DNA from: Mobula hypostoma
Lineage: Eukaryota
Length of the DNA stretch: 64,000 nt
Reading direction: 5' to 3'
NCBI RefSeq assembly: GCF_963921235.1
Contig: NC_086097.1
Span: 28,770,001 to 28,834,000, forward strand
Shown: piece by piece, positions 1 through 12,603 of the stretch
How the letters are laid out: each line of letters opens with the position of its first letter
Numbering within the stretch: the stretch's first letter is position 1
Translations under genes and position numbers: made by a program
The notes under the pieces: generated by a model
Told to the model about the DNA's origin: nothing
What the model saw: the letters and a program-made list of their open reading frames with translations, nothing else
The model's database searches: none

Positions 1-240
1 CAGGACTGATGGTCTAAGAGAGTCTGTGGTGGGTGGGGGGCGGTGGTGAAAAAGTGAAGCAGATGCTGGTAAAAGAGATCGATGGGCAGATGGATGAGGG
101 AAGGGTAGAGATAGCAACAGATGCTGGGAGGTGATAGTGGACCGGGCTGGAATTTATGGAATCAGATAGGGTAGATAGGTAATGAGAGGAACCAGGTGGG
201 AGAATGGTCGGGGGGGGGGGGAGGGGGCGCTGGGTGAGTG
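1..240 (-). mobile_element. Penelope-like element terminal-region fragment, cut by the window edge
   Basis: Starts CAGGACT (as in the hammerhead flank GTCAGGACT) followed by a purine-rich tract resembling 24935-25240. Confidence 0.5.
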
Positions 241-1289
241 TTTAGAATGAAGCAGTTAGAATCTACAGCCTTTTGCATCTTCATTGGAGAAATACCTCCT
301 AAATTTGCTTTAAATCTCTTATTAGCACACTGCACTGCGTGTTCTTATTCCTTCTATTTTGACAGATCTGAACACAGATTTAATTGTTTTATTCTCCTCC
401 ATCAAAACAGCTTTCATTTCTTAATATCCCCTAATATTTTCTTAAAGCATAAAGAACCACTCTTACAAACAACTTGTGACCAAGCTAAATATAATGACCC
501 ATTACATTATAGTGTAGAGTTGTCCAAGTGCTCTCTAATAAGCATTAAGATGGGGGAAATAGTTTATTTCACAATTTTTCAAGGTATCTGATAATTAAAG
601 ATTTAAATTTATTTATCATGCATACTTCAAAATATAGAATGAAACGTGTCATTTGTGTTAACAATCAACGCACCTGAGAGTGTGCTGGGTCAGCCTGCTA
701 GTGTCACTATACATTCTGGCACCAACATTACATGCTGACAATGCTCAGCAGAACACAGAACACAACAAAACACAACATACAAACAACAAAACAATAAGAG
801 AAAAACAAACCCCATTTCTCCCTTACACCTACCCTCCCACATACATAGTTCTCCAACCCCTGGACTGGCCGTCTTTGACCTCCAGCGAACCTGGACTCAG
901 AGACATTGGGATTTCAACCTTCCCATACCTGAAAAGTGATATGTTAACTAACATCCAAATCTCTAACGATCTCCCCCAAAGAATTTACTTCCAATGCATT
1001 CAACCTCTTTTCAATGTTCACAGTGAATGTCAACCATTATTGATCTAGTAGTGGGGGCTGTACTCCCATTAAAAAACCACGGTTGCCTCTATGTCTACAA
1101 TGCTAGGACTTTTACTGTAAGTGGAGGCTTTCCTTGAGGTACTTCAGTTCTTTATTGGATCCAGTACATGGTCCATATCCAAGTCTTGCCCATGGTATCT
1201 ACTGAAATTGGTCTACTAATAATTTAAGTAAATCCTTTTAGAAGTTCAGGCATATTTCAACATTTACATTCAGATATTTGAAGATCCAT

Positions 1290-1720
1290 CCTGGACCTAA
1301 CATATTGATGCAATTATGAAGTGGGCATGTATGAGGCTATATTTCATTAGGAATATGAGGCAGTTTGGTATGTCACTAAAGACTCTAGCAAATTTCTACA
1401 GATGTTCTATGGAGAGCATTCTGATTGGTTGCATCACCAGCTAGTATGGGGCGCCCAACCACAGGATCAGAAAAAGCGGCTGAAGATTGTGAACTCAGCT
1501 ACTTCAATCATGAGCACAATCCTCCCCACAATTGGGGACATCTTCAAAAGGTGGTGTCTCAAGAACGAAGCATCTAACATGAAGGACTCACACCACTCAG
1601 GACATGCCCTCTTTTCATTGCTATCAGAGAGGCGGTCGGTACAGGAAGTTGAAGGTGCATGCTCAACATTGTAAGAACAGCTTCTACCCCTGTGCCATCA
1701 GATTTCTGAAAGCCCTATGA
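1290..1720 (+). mobile_element. Rex1/Babar-like LINE 3' fragment (decayed)
   Basis: Off-frame ESILIGCIT.. and the HHSGHALFSLL / ASNMKD segment typical of the C-terminus of this RT clade. Related fragments at about 6410-6740, 13770-13973, 20250-20720(-), 21725-22125, 24450-24780(-), 35960-36140, 54030-54340. Confidence 0.6.
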
Positions 1721-1729
1721 AAATTACCC

Positions 1730-2330
1730 AGAAAAAGCAGGACCTCCCAATGGCCACCCATTTTAAATTCCACTTCCCATTCGCATTCCAACATGTCAGT
1801 CCATGGCCTCCACTACTGTTGCGATGAGGCCACACTCAGGTTGGAGGAGCAGCACCTTATACTCCCTCTGGGTAGCTTCCAGCCTGATAGCATGAATATC
1901 TATTTTTTGAACTTCTGGTAATGTCCCTCTCCCCGCTTCACCATTCCCCATTTCCTTTTCCCTTTCTTACCTTATCTCCTTACCTGCCCATCACCTCCCT
2001 CTGGTGCACCTCCCCCTTTTCTTTCTTCCATGGCCTTGTCCTCTTCTATCAGATTCCCCTTTCTCCAGTCCAATACTGAATTCACCAATCAACTTCCCAG
2101 CTCTTTACTTCACCCCTTCCCCAACAACCCCCCCCCCACTTCCTGGTTTCATCCATCACTTTACATTTCTTCCTCCCCTTCCCACATCTTCTTAATCTTT
2201 TTTCCTGTAGTTCTGATAAAGGGTGTTGGCCTGAAATGTCAGCTCTACTCTTCCACAGCTGCTGCCTGGCCTGCTGAGTTTCTCCAGCATTTTGAGTGCA
2301 TTACTTGGATTTCCAGCTTCTCTTGTTTGT
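1730..2330 (+). mobile_element. Penelope-like element 3' fragment (GIY-YIG end plus terminal region, degenerate hammerhead at about 2207-2245)
   Basis: Encodes DLPMATHF..HSNMSVHGLHYCCDEATLRLEEQHLI..LGSFQPD, homologous to ORF 25231..25668; followed by a pyrimidine tract and CTGATAAAGGG..CCTGAAATGTC. Confidence 0.85.
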
Positions 2331-3829
2331 GCCTCACTATTTTGCTTTCTTTTTACAATATTTATTTTTTATATTCTCTGTTGTAACTGATAGAAATGCT
2401 TATAACACAAAAAAAGACAAATAAACAAATTTCATGACGTGTAAGTGATAATAAATCCGATCCTGATTTAACTTCCTTTATTGATTTTAGATGGCTCCTC
2501 TCTCAAAAACAAGGAAGACAAACAGGCAGCATCTACTCCTTATGCAAATTACAATTTGTGCATAACAAACATAACTATGTTAAATAACTAAGTTTCAGTG
2601 GTTATCTGGAACATCCCTTTCAGTAACATTCCTAGCATAAAGATGTGATTGATGGTGAAAACTAAATTGTAGTGTACTTCCTACTTAAGGAAGAAAAGCA
2701 GGTAGTTATACTGAATATTGACTACTGCTTGCTCATCAAATGCAAAGTTGAGTTGGTGTCTTTCCTTTCTGAAATAGTACTGAATGACTCTGTTGTAAAG
2801 GAGGAACAGTGAGTTCATTTCTTACAGTTGTGCTGAGCAAAGCAGCTGATGTCAGACCTCTACATACCTATGGCTTTTTAAGGGCAAGGGTGACATCACT
2901 AGTTTCTTCTTTGGTACAGCTTAGTGCAGATGTGTCCAGATGAAGTCCTTCACTTCTGGTCTAGCACAGGAAGCACTTCTAGGAGCAGCCAAATAAAAAC
3001 CCAAAGGTTTGGTATCATTGAAATCATTGTTACGAATGACTGCATAGAATATCAGGGCTCTGTGTGGTTTTTTTGGAGTGAGGGAGGAACAGAACCACAT
3101 GAATGTGGCAACAAGATTGTTAAAGAGAAAAACTAATGGCATTATCAATTGCCAATGTACTGAATACATTTTCTACAAGTTCTGACAACAGCAGCTCTGC
3201 TCAACTGGAACCATTTTTAAAACAAATTCAAAACTACTAAACAAGCCAGAAGATTGTATACTTTGAAATTCCACATTGCTCCATTTTCTAACACAACATG
3301 CCAATCCAGTATGTTTAAACATTTAGAATTATGGAGATGTGATCAACAACGACTATCAAATCCAACAGTATAATACACTGGAATGTGGGGAACATGGCTA
3401 GGAAGTGAGGTGTGGGGTGAGAAAGTGGGACAGCCATGGCGGGGGGGGGGGGCCTTAAATCTAAAGAAACACAAAAGAAATTTAGAAAGAAATAGCAATC
3501 TTCTAATTAGCAAAGTTCAGTACTTGCTACAACCTCCTTCAAGGCACTTAGTTAAAATCAGTAATTTGGTTTGCAGCAACCTAATGGCTTGTTTTCCCAA
3601 GAAACTTGCCATAACAAATCCAAGCAAATTATGTAGAGAATTTAACATTCAAAAATGCATTCATAAATTTGGCATGTTTAATTTGTACAAATGTAAGTCC
3701 AAAGTATACTAAATTTATTCATTATATCTTACATATTGTGCAACTTCATATCCACCAGAGCTAACTCTATCCTCCAGTTCTCTGAAGCATGCTTCACAAG
3801 TTCAAACTATACTACAGTATTAATAAAAA

Positions 3830-4612
3830 GACATGATGGGTTGCCAGTAGTATCCGATAATGACAGTTAGATTTGTGCAGTTCTTCATCGATGATGTGAA
3901 CTACACAATAAAAGCATGTGCCGGAGAGGTTTTAAAGTAGAAAAGCAGTCACTGAGGTAGTTCCACTCTTGACCTTGATTATTAAAAAAAAGCTAGAAAA
4001 TAGCCATCTTGCACTGAAGAATTTGCTGCTTGATGCTGTCTTGCACCAAAAAAAATCTCTTTTTAACTGACTGCTCTGTAGCCTTCAGGTGTCCGGGGAG
4101 AGACAGCACCACTGGCGAAGGGGCTCGTTGTGTCCCATTCTGGGGAAGTTTACTCATCCTTGGTAAGTTCCTACCAGACACTCAGCTTGCACCTGTCACA
4201 TGCAACAGTCTCCACACCCCAGTATATCACTTCAGTAGCCGGGCTAAACCAGGTGTGGGTAGCCAGATGTCTGTCCTAAAATGTGAAGTCAGACCTGGCA
4301 GACTGTGTGGATGAAATCAACAGTAAGATCCAATGGCCAGGAAGGTAGTCCTATAATACTTCATGAGAGCAAAGGACATGACAGGGCACAGAAGCAGTCA
4401 TGGTCATCCACTGCAACAAAGGAGGACCCCAGCTGTGTCAACTGTCTGTAGCACTGGGCCTGGACTTCCAAGGTACAGAGAGGAACTGCTCTAGTGCAAC
4501 AGCTTTTCCACTTTAAAACCTCTCCAGTAAGGGGTTTTATCGTGAAGTTCACATATTTGACAAAGAACTGCACAAATCTGTCACCATCGGATAAGACAGA
4601 CAACCAGTCATG
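3830..4612. repeat. Inverted pair of related retroposon ends (arms about 3832-3977 and 4468-4612)
   Basis: GATTTGTGCAGTTCTT..GTGAACT..GGAGAGGTTTTAAAGT.GAAAAGC in the left arm matches the reverse complement of the right arm. Confidence 0.75.
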
Positions 4613-4973
4613 TAGACTTTAGTGCATACCCCATGGAATTACACTTAGAGGTGACTTTTTGCATTTTTCCAAGACCAAGTGAAATTCATAATTCAGGAAA
4701 GTAACAATTAAATACAGGAGGAAGCATTCTCCAAAGATTTAGAAAATCACTAAGTATGGTTAATTTTGATCTGGAATGAAACAAATAACATTTGATTCAT
4801 TGACAGCATATCTGGGATGAGGGTTGCATTGTCGGTTTCCATTCCTCAGCTGAGCTATTCTGCCTTGGAATGGACAAGAAAAGCTCTCCAGTCATTGCTG
4901 TCTGAGTTTAGAAACAGGCAATGCTAGGACTTGAGTAGCGGACAAAGTACCTTCATCACCACTCAACATTTTA

Positions 4974-5180
<207 letters not shown>

Positions 5181-5329
5181 TTACATGCAAACAGTGCTGA
5201 TATTGTAAAAAAATATCATTTATAATATAGAAATGAAGATAAACACCAGGCAACACATTGAAGACAGTTCACTGGACACTAGTTTGATGTACCAGCCTAA
5301 ATCTAATAACTGAATGCCCAGCGAATGGT

Positions 5330-6075
5330 GAGTTTTGTGATACTCCCTCTGCCCTGCCTGCCCACTCCCTCCCCTCCACCATTCTCATTCACCACCCTAT
5401 GTTTATAACTGCCATAGACTGATTAGTTGCAACGTACAAAATTTTTCTGTCACCTCAGTTGGCATCACCATCATTTGTGCCATTTGATCTCTCTTGGTCA
5501 CAGACACTGCATGCATTCACTCCTCTCCTGCAGCTTAAAACAATAGAACAGAGATCTGGGATTTGAGATCTACAATTTCTTTGAGGGAATTTTACTATAT
5601 ATATATATAGTAAATGCAAGCACTGAGATTGGGTGACACTAGATCTAGAGATCATGGGCTAAGGGTGAAAGATGAAATATTTATTGGGAATTGAAAGGGG
5701 AATTTCTTCTCTCATAGGATGGTGTGAGTGTGGAAGGAACTGCCAGTGGACGTGGTTGATGCAGGTTCAATTTCGACATGAGAAATTTGGATGGGTACCT
5801 GGATGAGTAGAGTATGGAGGTCTATGGTCAGGTGCGGGTTGATGGGACTAGGCAGAATAACAGTGAGCCATGGACTAGATGAGCCAAAGTGCCAATATCA
5901 ATGCTGTACCATTTGATGACTGTTAGTTTTCTAAAGTTTTCCCAGTTCTGATAAAGTCATTGATCTGAAAATTTAACTGTTTCTCTCTCTCTCGACAGAT
6001 GCTACTTGAACACCTTAACATTTTTACAGCATTTTTTGTCTTTCTTTCAGATTTTAGCATCTACAGTTGTTTGAT
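5330..6075 (+). mobile_element. Older Penelope-like terminal fragment interrupted by a CR1 3' fragment (about 5620-5920); degenerate hammerhead at about 5943-5979
   Basis: CAGTT-CTGATAAAGTCATTGATCTGAAAATTT-AACTG followed by the ACAGATGCT..CAGCATTTT..AGCATCTACAG tail. Confidence 0.55.
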
Positions 6076-7537
6076 TTGTGACCAAATCAGGTCAGATCAG
6101 AAAAAAATTCTGTGGTTTTGGCAATACTACCAAGAAATGGCCAATAAAGGACTGCTCTCCGGTCCTCTCTAAATAGAATAATAATGATAGCCATCATTGT
6201 GCCAAACTAATCAAAACCAAAAAGGGCAACTGTTTGTTTTATTCCTCAGTTACCCAGCAGAGGGAACTATTGTGTTTTTATAGATTAATAGCACTTCATG
6301 AATTCACCCAAGCTATACTTAATAATTCACCCTAAATTCACTAATTTTTCCATAAACCCATCTTATATAAGGGACTAAAGGTTTGTTAAATTGTGAAATA
6401 ATTCCTTTGACTAATCCCCCTTCCTATCAGGCAGAAGATACAAAAGCCTAAAAGCACATACCAACAGGCTCAAGAACAGCTTCTATCCCACTGTTATAAG
6501 ACTTTTAAATGATTCCCTAGTATGTTATGATGGACCCTTGACTTCATGAGCAACTTCGCCGTAGCCCTTGCACATTATTGTTTGCCTGTACTCTCTGTAA
6601 ATGGAATTCTTTATTCTGCATTCTGTTATTGTTTTCTGTTGTATTATCTCAATGCACTATCATAATGAAAAGATCTGTATGGGTGGCAGACAAAACAAAA
6701 AGTTTCTTACTGTACTTGGCACATGTGACAATAATAAACCAATTCACCAACTTAAATCACCTTCAAAAATACAATTTAAACTCAGTATTTGGCTAGATCA
6801 CAATTGGAAATAGCTTTATGTAGAAAACAGTTTCCAGGAACAGTTACCTGGCTTAGTAGTAGCTCAAGGGAATTCTCTGCCTTGTACGATGTGTGCAGGG
6901 TCATCTCATTTGAGCTTTCACATCCAGAAAAAATCTGGTTGTGTAGGTGGGTACCACAGGTGCTGTTGCCTGACACTAAGTGGTCTAACTTGATGTAGCC
7001 CATTAGTACAATGGATTAATATGTGCTCAAGCAAGTTATTCAGAACTTATTCTGTATTCCCTTCTTTGTCAGATACTTAAAAAAAAATCACAAAACAATT
7101 CCATATCTTGAACTAGAAAGAGGTGGAGATCAAGGTGTTTGCTACACTTAGAACATTACAAGACACTGCAGGCCCTTTGGCCCATGGTGTTGTGCCAATC
7201 TTTTAACCTATGCTAGGATCAATCTAACTCTTCCTTCCTACATCTTCTATCATCTGTGCGCCTAAGAGTTTCTTAAATGCCCTATGTATCTGCCTCTACA
7301 ATCACCACTGGCAGGGCATTCCATGCACCCAACACTCTGAGTAAAGAACTCGCCTCTGACACCCCTCTTCCCTCATATTTCCCCTCCAATCATCTTAAAG
7401 TTATGTCCTCTTGAGGCTGTAAGTGTCAGGGAATGAAACTGACACTGTATTAGCTATAAAAATAAACAGATAAAATAGCAAATGCAATGTAAAAAAAAAC
7501 ACAAGTGAAAAACAGAATGAGACCTAAGCATACTTAC

Positions 7538-7669
7538 ATTGGCTGTAGCCAACATGTTCTCAGGGTCAACCAGAGTGCGGAGTAGTCCCATAAGTTGGAC
7601 TGCACCGCCAAGCTCAGGATCTGGATCACAAATCATATGTTCAATGATGAGATTAATGAGGAGGATATC
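7538..7669 (-). CDS. PPP4R3A: PPP4R3A/SMEK1 coding exon (probably exon 8), 132 bp
   Basis: [50 protein letters not shown] acceptor, GTAAGT donor. Confidence 0.96.
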
Positions 7670-7999
7670 CTAAAACAAAGCACAACAATAGCTATGAGTT
7701 TCATACTTAAACCAAAATAGAAACCTGTCTAACTCTGCACTGATTAAGTGGCCACATATTTATCCCAATAATAGTGGATGAATAACCATAATTATACAAC
7801 AAACACAGCATATAGGTTTTTATATAAGAACTAGACTGAATAAAAATAGCACAAGTTCACTCATTCTTGTTTTTCTTGTCATTTCAGTTCACATACGATG
7901 ACAAATTTAGGTTATTGTACATATGTATTCTGCTTATTTGTTTGCAATGATGCTTGGAAGTGTCCAAGACCATTGGTTTACAATAAATTAATATTTTGC

Positions 8000-8075
8000 A
8001 ACACACACACACAAAATGCTGGAAAAACTCAGCAAGTCAGTCGATGTTTTGGGCCAAGACCCTTCACCAGGACAA
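8000..8075 (-). mobile_element. Short Penelope-terminal fragment ending at a degenerate hammerhead
   Basis: ACACACAAAATGCTGG...GTCGATGTTTTGGGCCAAGACCCTTCACCAGGAC, homologous to 46470-46600. Confidence 0.75.
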
Positions 8076-8977
8076 ATTCTTCAAATGCCATTTGAAACTT
8101 TATCAACATTCTATCAGTGTTGTTGCGAAACTCAAATATCAAATGATTTTTGTTGCTGAACAGTATTACAAAGATTAGCTTGTTTTCTCACATGCATGTA
8201 CATCAAAACATACAGTGAAATGCATTGTGTGTACCAAACAACCAACAAAGTCAGAGGATGTGCTGGGGGCAGCCCACAAGTATCGCCATGCTTTAGGTGG
8301 CAATACAGCACGCCCACAACTGATTAACCCAACCCATACATCTTTGGAATGTGAGGGGAATCTGGAGCATCAAGACATACAGACATGGAGAGAAAATACA
8401 AACTTCTTACAGACAATGAAGGAATTGGATCAGGATTGCTGGAGCTGTAATAGGGTCTTGCTAACCACTAAGCTACCATGCTGCCCTATTCCCGATGGAC
8501 TTCAGGATGATTTAATCATAAATAACAGAATGAAATGAAATCTCCACGACATATAACTTTGCAATTGTAGATACTAACCAGAAGGAGTAGGGCAGTTGGG
8601 CAGTCCACCATGTGTGGCTGTATAAAATCAATCATAGATAATCTGATTATCACCTCAACTAGACATCACTGTTCACCTGCAGTAACCTTTCAATCTCTTG
8701 ATTATCAGGAACTTAACTATTTTTACCCTTAGGTTCAGACTGTGCTGTCACCACCCCTTCAGGAAGAGCACACTGAAGACCCGTGAACTCCGGGAGAAAA
8801 AACAAGTGACTCAATTGCCTTAAAAAGTGACCCCCTAGCTCCAGATTCTCTCAGAGGAGGAAATATGCTCTCCATATCAACCCTGTCAAGATCACCAAAG
8901 TTCTCATATAAACCATGAGACATAGGAGCAGAATTAGGCCATTCATCCATTGAGTCTGCTCCACCATAACTGATTTA

Positions 8978-9468
8978 TTAGAACATAGAAATCCTCCAGC
9001 ACAATATGGGCCCTTCGGCCCACAATGCTGTGCTGAACATGTACTTACTTTAGAACTTACCTAAGGTTATCCATAGCCCTCTATTTTTCTAAGCTCCATG
9101 TACCATTCCAGGAGTCTCTTAAAAGACCCTATTCTATCTGCCTCCACAACCGTTACCGGCAGCCCACTCCATGCACTCACCACTCTCTGCGTAAAAAAAC
9201 TTACCTCTGACATCTCCTCTGTACCTACTTCCAAGCACCTTAAAACTGTGCCCTCTCATGTTAGCCATTTCAGCCCTGGGAAAAAGCCTCTGACTAAACA
9301 CACGATCAATGCCTCTCATCATCTTATACACCTATCAGGTCACCTCTCATCCTCCGCCGCTCCAAGGAGAAAAGGCCGAATTCACTCAACCTACTCTCAT
9401 AAGGCATGCTCCCCAATCCAGGCAACATCCTAGTAAATCTCCTCTGCACCCTTTCTATAGTTTCCACT
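8978..9468 (-). mobile_element. CR1 LINE 3' fragment (further CR1 pieces at about 7145-7410, 8570-8970, 9470-9630)
   Basis: ORF 9134..9331 YKMMRGIDRVFSQRLFPRAEMANMRGHSFK; (TTCTAT)n-type tail. Confidence 0.9.
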
Positions 9469-9644
9469 CCACTTATTATCACTCACAACTCTATTCTTCT
9501 GCTTTCTTCTTGCATATCCTTTAAAGCCCTAACTAATCAAGCACCTATCAACTGCCACTATCCCAATGACTTGGCTTCCACAGATGTCTAGGGCAATGAA
9601 TTCCATATGTTCACCACCCTCCGACCAAAGAACATTGTATCTGC

Positions 9645-10465
9645 CTTCCTGATTGATTAAGGTGGAACTGTGGACGTTGTCTACATGGATCTGAGTAAGG
9701 TATTTGACAAGGTCCCTCATGGGAAAAGTGTTCAGAAGATAAAGATGCGTGCAATCAATGATCAATTGGCTTTTTGGACTCAGAACTGACTTTGGTGGGT
9801 CAAATGTAAAGAGACAGTACACTGCTATGGGCAAGATCTTTAACAGTGTTGATGAGTAGAGGGATCTTGGAACCCAACCCTTGAAAGCAGCTGTACAGGT
9901 GATAGGGTGGTTAAGAAGGATACAGTTCTGGTTGCCCCATGTTTATAAGATGTTAAAGCATTGGAGAGGGCGCAGAAGAGGTTTACCAGGATGCTGCCTG
10001 GATTAGACAGCATGAACTATAATGAGAAGTTGGACAAACTTCGGTTGTTTTCTCTGGAGCGATGGAGACTGAGGGGAGATCTGATAGAGGTTTATAAGAT
10101 TATGAGAGGCATATAAAGAGTAGACATACAGCATCTTTTTCCTGGTGTTGGAATGCAAATAGTAGAGGGCATGCACTTAAGATGAGAGGGGGTTAAGTTC
10201 AAGGAGATGAAAGAGGCAAGTTCTTTTTTGCACAGAGAGTGGTGAGCGCCTGGAATGCACTGCTGGGGTGGTGGTGGAGGCAGATACATTAGGGCCTTTT
10301 TAAGAGACATTAAGATAGGCACATCAATGTAAGGATAATGGACAGATATGGGCATTGTATAGGCAGAACAGTTAGTTTCATTGGCCTTTTGATGACTAAT
10401 TTAATTGGTTTGGCACAACGTTGTGGGCCAAAGCACTCAATCCTATGCTGTAATATTTTATGTTC
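9645..10465 (+). mobile_element. CR1 LINE RT/3' fragment with internal deletions
   Basis: VDVVYMDLSKVFDKVPH, LERAQKRFTRMLPGL, RLRGDLIEVYKIMRGI motifs. Confidence 0.9.
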
Positions 10466-11039
10466 TAACTCCACAGATAAACTATTCTATACTTGAAGCT
10501 ATACTCTTTTTTTTGCCTCAAGCAATTTATTCAAAGAAAGGAGAGCAAATAATTGGAACATCCAAATATAGAGTAGTATATCTTATATAACTAGTGTTCA
10601 ATACTGTAATTAAACCAAAACGAATATCAGTTTACTCTGGAGTACAAAAATGGAGTACACGATAAAATTAACAAATTCAATGGAGCACAGAGACCTTGGT
10701 GTGCAGGCACAAGTCATGAAAAATGTGACAGCTTAATCAGAAGAATGGAATGAAAAAAAGAATAAGATTTTCTATCCAGAACTGTACAGTTCATAACTAA
10801 GATAATTCCAACTGTGTACAAGTTTTTAAAACAGAGAGTAAGGGTTACAATTACAAAAGGCACATTCAACAATTCTGGGTGTAATATTGCCTTTTTCAGA
10901 AAATGTGGAGCATTTAATCAAGTAGATCTACAAGGGAAATGGTCATTTGAAAAGGTTTTGAGGAGGCATAGAAGGGAAACTAGTGATTGGGACAGGGCTG
11001 TAGAGTAGGAAGCCGCATATATAGAGATGCACCAAATAA

Positions 11040-11605
11040 CTGTCGAGCACTTATTCTACATCTGCCACAAAAGGCAGAGTTTCCCACTGGCCACCCATTT
11101 TAATTCTACTTTCAATTCTCATTCCAACTACTGGCATCATGAGGCCAATCACAGGTTAAAGGAGAAACACCTCATCTGAGTAGCTTCCAACTTGAAGGAA
11201 TGAACATTGATTTCTCTAACTTATGGTAATTTTCCCCCATCCCCTTCTCTCTCTTTCCATTCCAACTCCACTATTACCATTTCTCTTCTCACCATGGTTC
11301 ACTGTCCTCTCCTATGAGATTCCTTCTTCCTTAGCCTTTTACCTTTTTCACCCATCTCCTCCCAGCTTCTCAGTTCATCCCCCACCTTCCTTCACACCTG
11401 GTCTCACCTTTCACCTCTCAGCTTCTACTCCCTCCACTCCTGCCACCTTATTATTCTAGCTTCTGCTACCTTTCTTTCCAGTCCTCATGAAGGGTCCCGG
11501 CCCAAACTGTCAACTGTTTATCCCCCTCCACAGATGCTGCCTGACCTGCTAAGTTCCTCTAGCATTTTGTGCATGCTGCTCTGGAGTTCTAGCATCTGCA
11601 GCACC
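11040..11605 (+). mobile_element. Penelope-like element 3' fragment with degenerate hammerhead (about 11479-11516)
   Basis: LATHFNSTFNSHS..RLKEKHL..GMNIDFSN remnants; CCTCATGAAGGGTCCCGGCCCAAACTGTC; AGCATCTGCAG end. Confidence 0.8.
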
Positions 11606-12212
11606 CCATATTTAGAATGTGTGTTAATCTTGTGTCTCTATCATAAGCTTTGGTAAATTTTGTTTCAATTGCTTCTGACAGTGAATTGAGTTTAATAAGA
11701 TTTAGAATCAGAGCTTCCAAAAAGACCAATTCTAAATTATATGATACCCAACAAAGGTCTGCATCCACATCAGCCTTCTCCTGCATTTCTTCATCTAATA
11801 CTATCAACATTTCTGCCACATGCTTTCCAAACTTCTCCATAAACACATACAGGTCGACCATCTCTGATCCGACTACCTGTAATCCGGTTCCTTCGATAAT
11901 CTGCACTGATATCAAATTTTCCGCGCAACTGTAATTTCAAATTTTCCAGGCCACTGTACCAATCTGCTGCGCATTGTTTTGATTGCGCTAGATCTGATCA
12001 TATGTTGGCGCGCTCTTGTAAGCACAGACAGGCGGTTCCTGCTTGTTTTCCTGCATTTATTAATATCATTTGCGTGAGGCGCACCCACCTGTCTCACCTG
12101 CCAGCGGCGGGGGAGCTGGTGCGTGCTGGGTTGGTCCGCGTTCTCGCCCGCCTGCCGGCAGTTGTGCACTGCCCTTCGGTGTCGCCCGGCTGGCGCTCCG
12201 TTCCCTTCTGCC

Positions 12213-12340
12213 TATGACCTCAGATCAGACATGGTCACCCGCTGAATTTAAGCATTTAACTAAGCAGAGGAAAAGAAACTAACGAGGATTTTCTCAGTAA
12301 CTGCGAGTGAAGAGGGAAGAGCCCAGCGCTGAATCCCTGG
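12213..12340 (+). rRNA. 28S rRNA 5'-end fragment (pseudogenic), preceded by GC-rich ITS2-like sequence at about 12070-12212
   Basis: GACCTCAGATCAGAC..ACCCGCTGAATTTAAGCAT..GAGGAAAAGAAACTAAC..CTCAGTAACTGCGAGTGAAGAGGGAAGAGCCCAGCGCTGAATCCC is the conserved eukaryotic LSU 5' end; carries several CpG-type decays. Confidence 0.92.
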
Positions 12341-12349
12341 GCGGGGGTT

Positions 12350-12603
12350 AACTACAAGTCTATGTCCTATCGCTTAGCTGATGCTGGTAGAGGGTGCACT
12401 TTATTTTTTGCCGGTTGGGAGGGGGGAATTGTTGCTCGCTGCCGCTTACGCGCGGGAGGGAAGAGGGCGGGTGGGGGAACTTAGGGGTTCTAACATTCTT
12501 TGGGGCACTCCTCTGTTTTCGTAGATGGCTGCGAAGAAAAAGCATTTCAGGATGTATATTGTATACACTTCTCTGACATTAAATGAACCTTTGAATCCTT
12601 TGA
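12350..12603 (+). repeat. Retroposon 3' tail shared with about 27870-28090 and 31710-31950
   Basis: TTGGGGCACT..CTGTTTT..GAAGAA..ATTTCAGG.TGTATATTGTATAC..TCTCTGA.ATTAAAT + (CCTTTGAA)n-like end recurs three times in the window. Confidence 0.75.

Noticed and set aside
11589..11915. 108-aa acidic ORF on the gene strand
   Set aside because: Spans the MITE boundary and the end of a Penelope fragment; no similarity to PP4R3.
12213..12340. Functional rRNA gene or rDNA array
   Set aside because: Only about 125 nt of 28S, mutated, with no 18S/5.8S, and embedded in a transposon within an intron.
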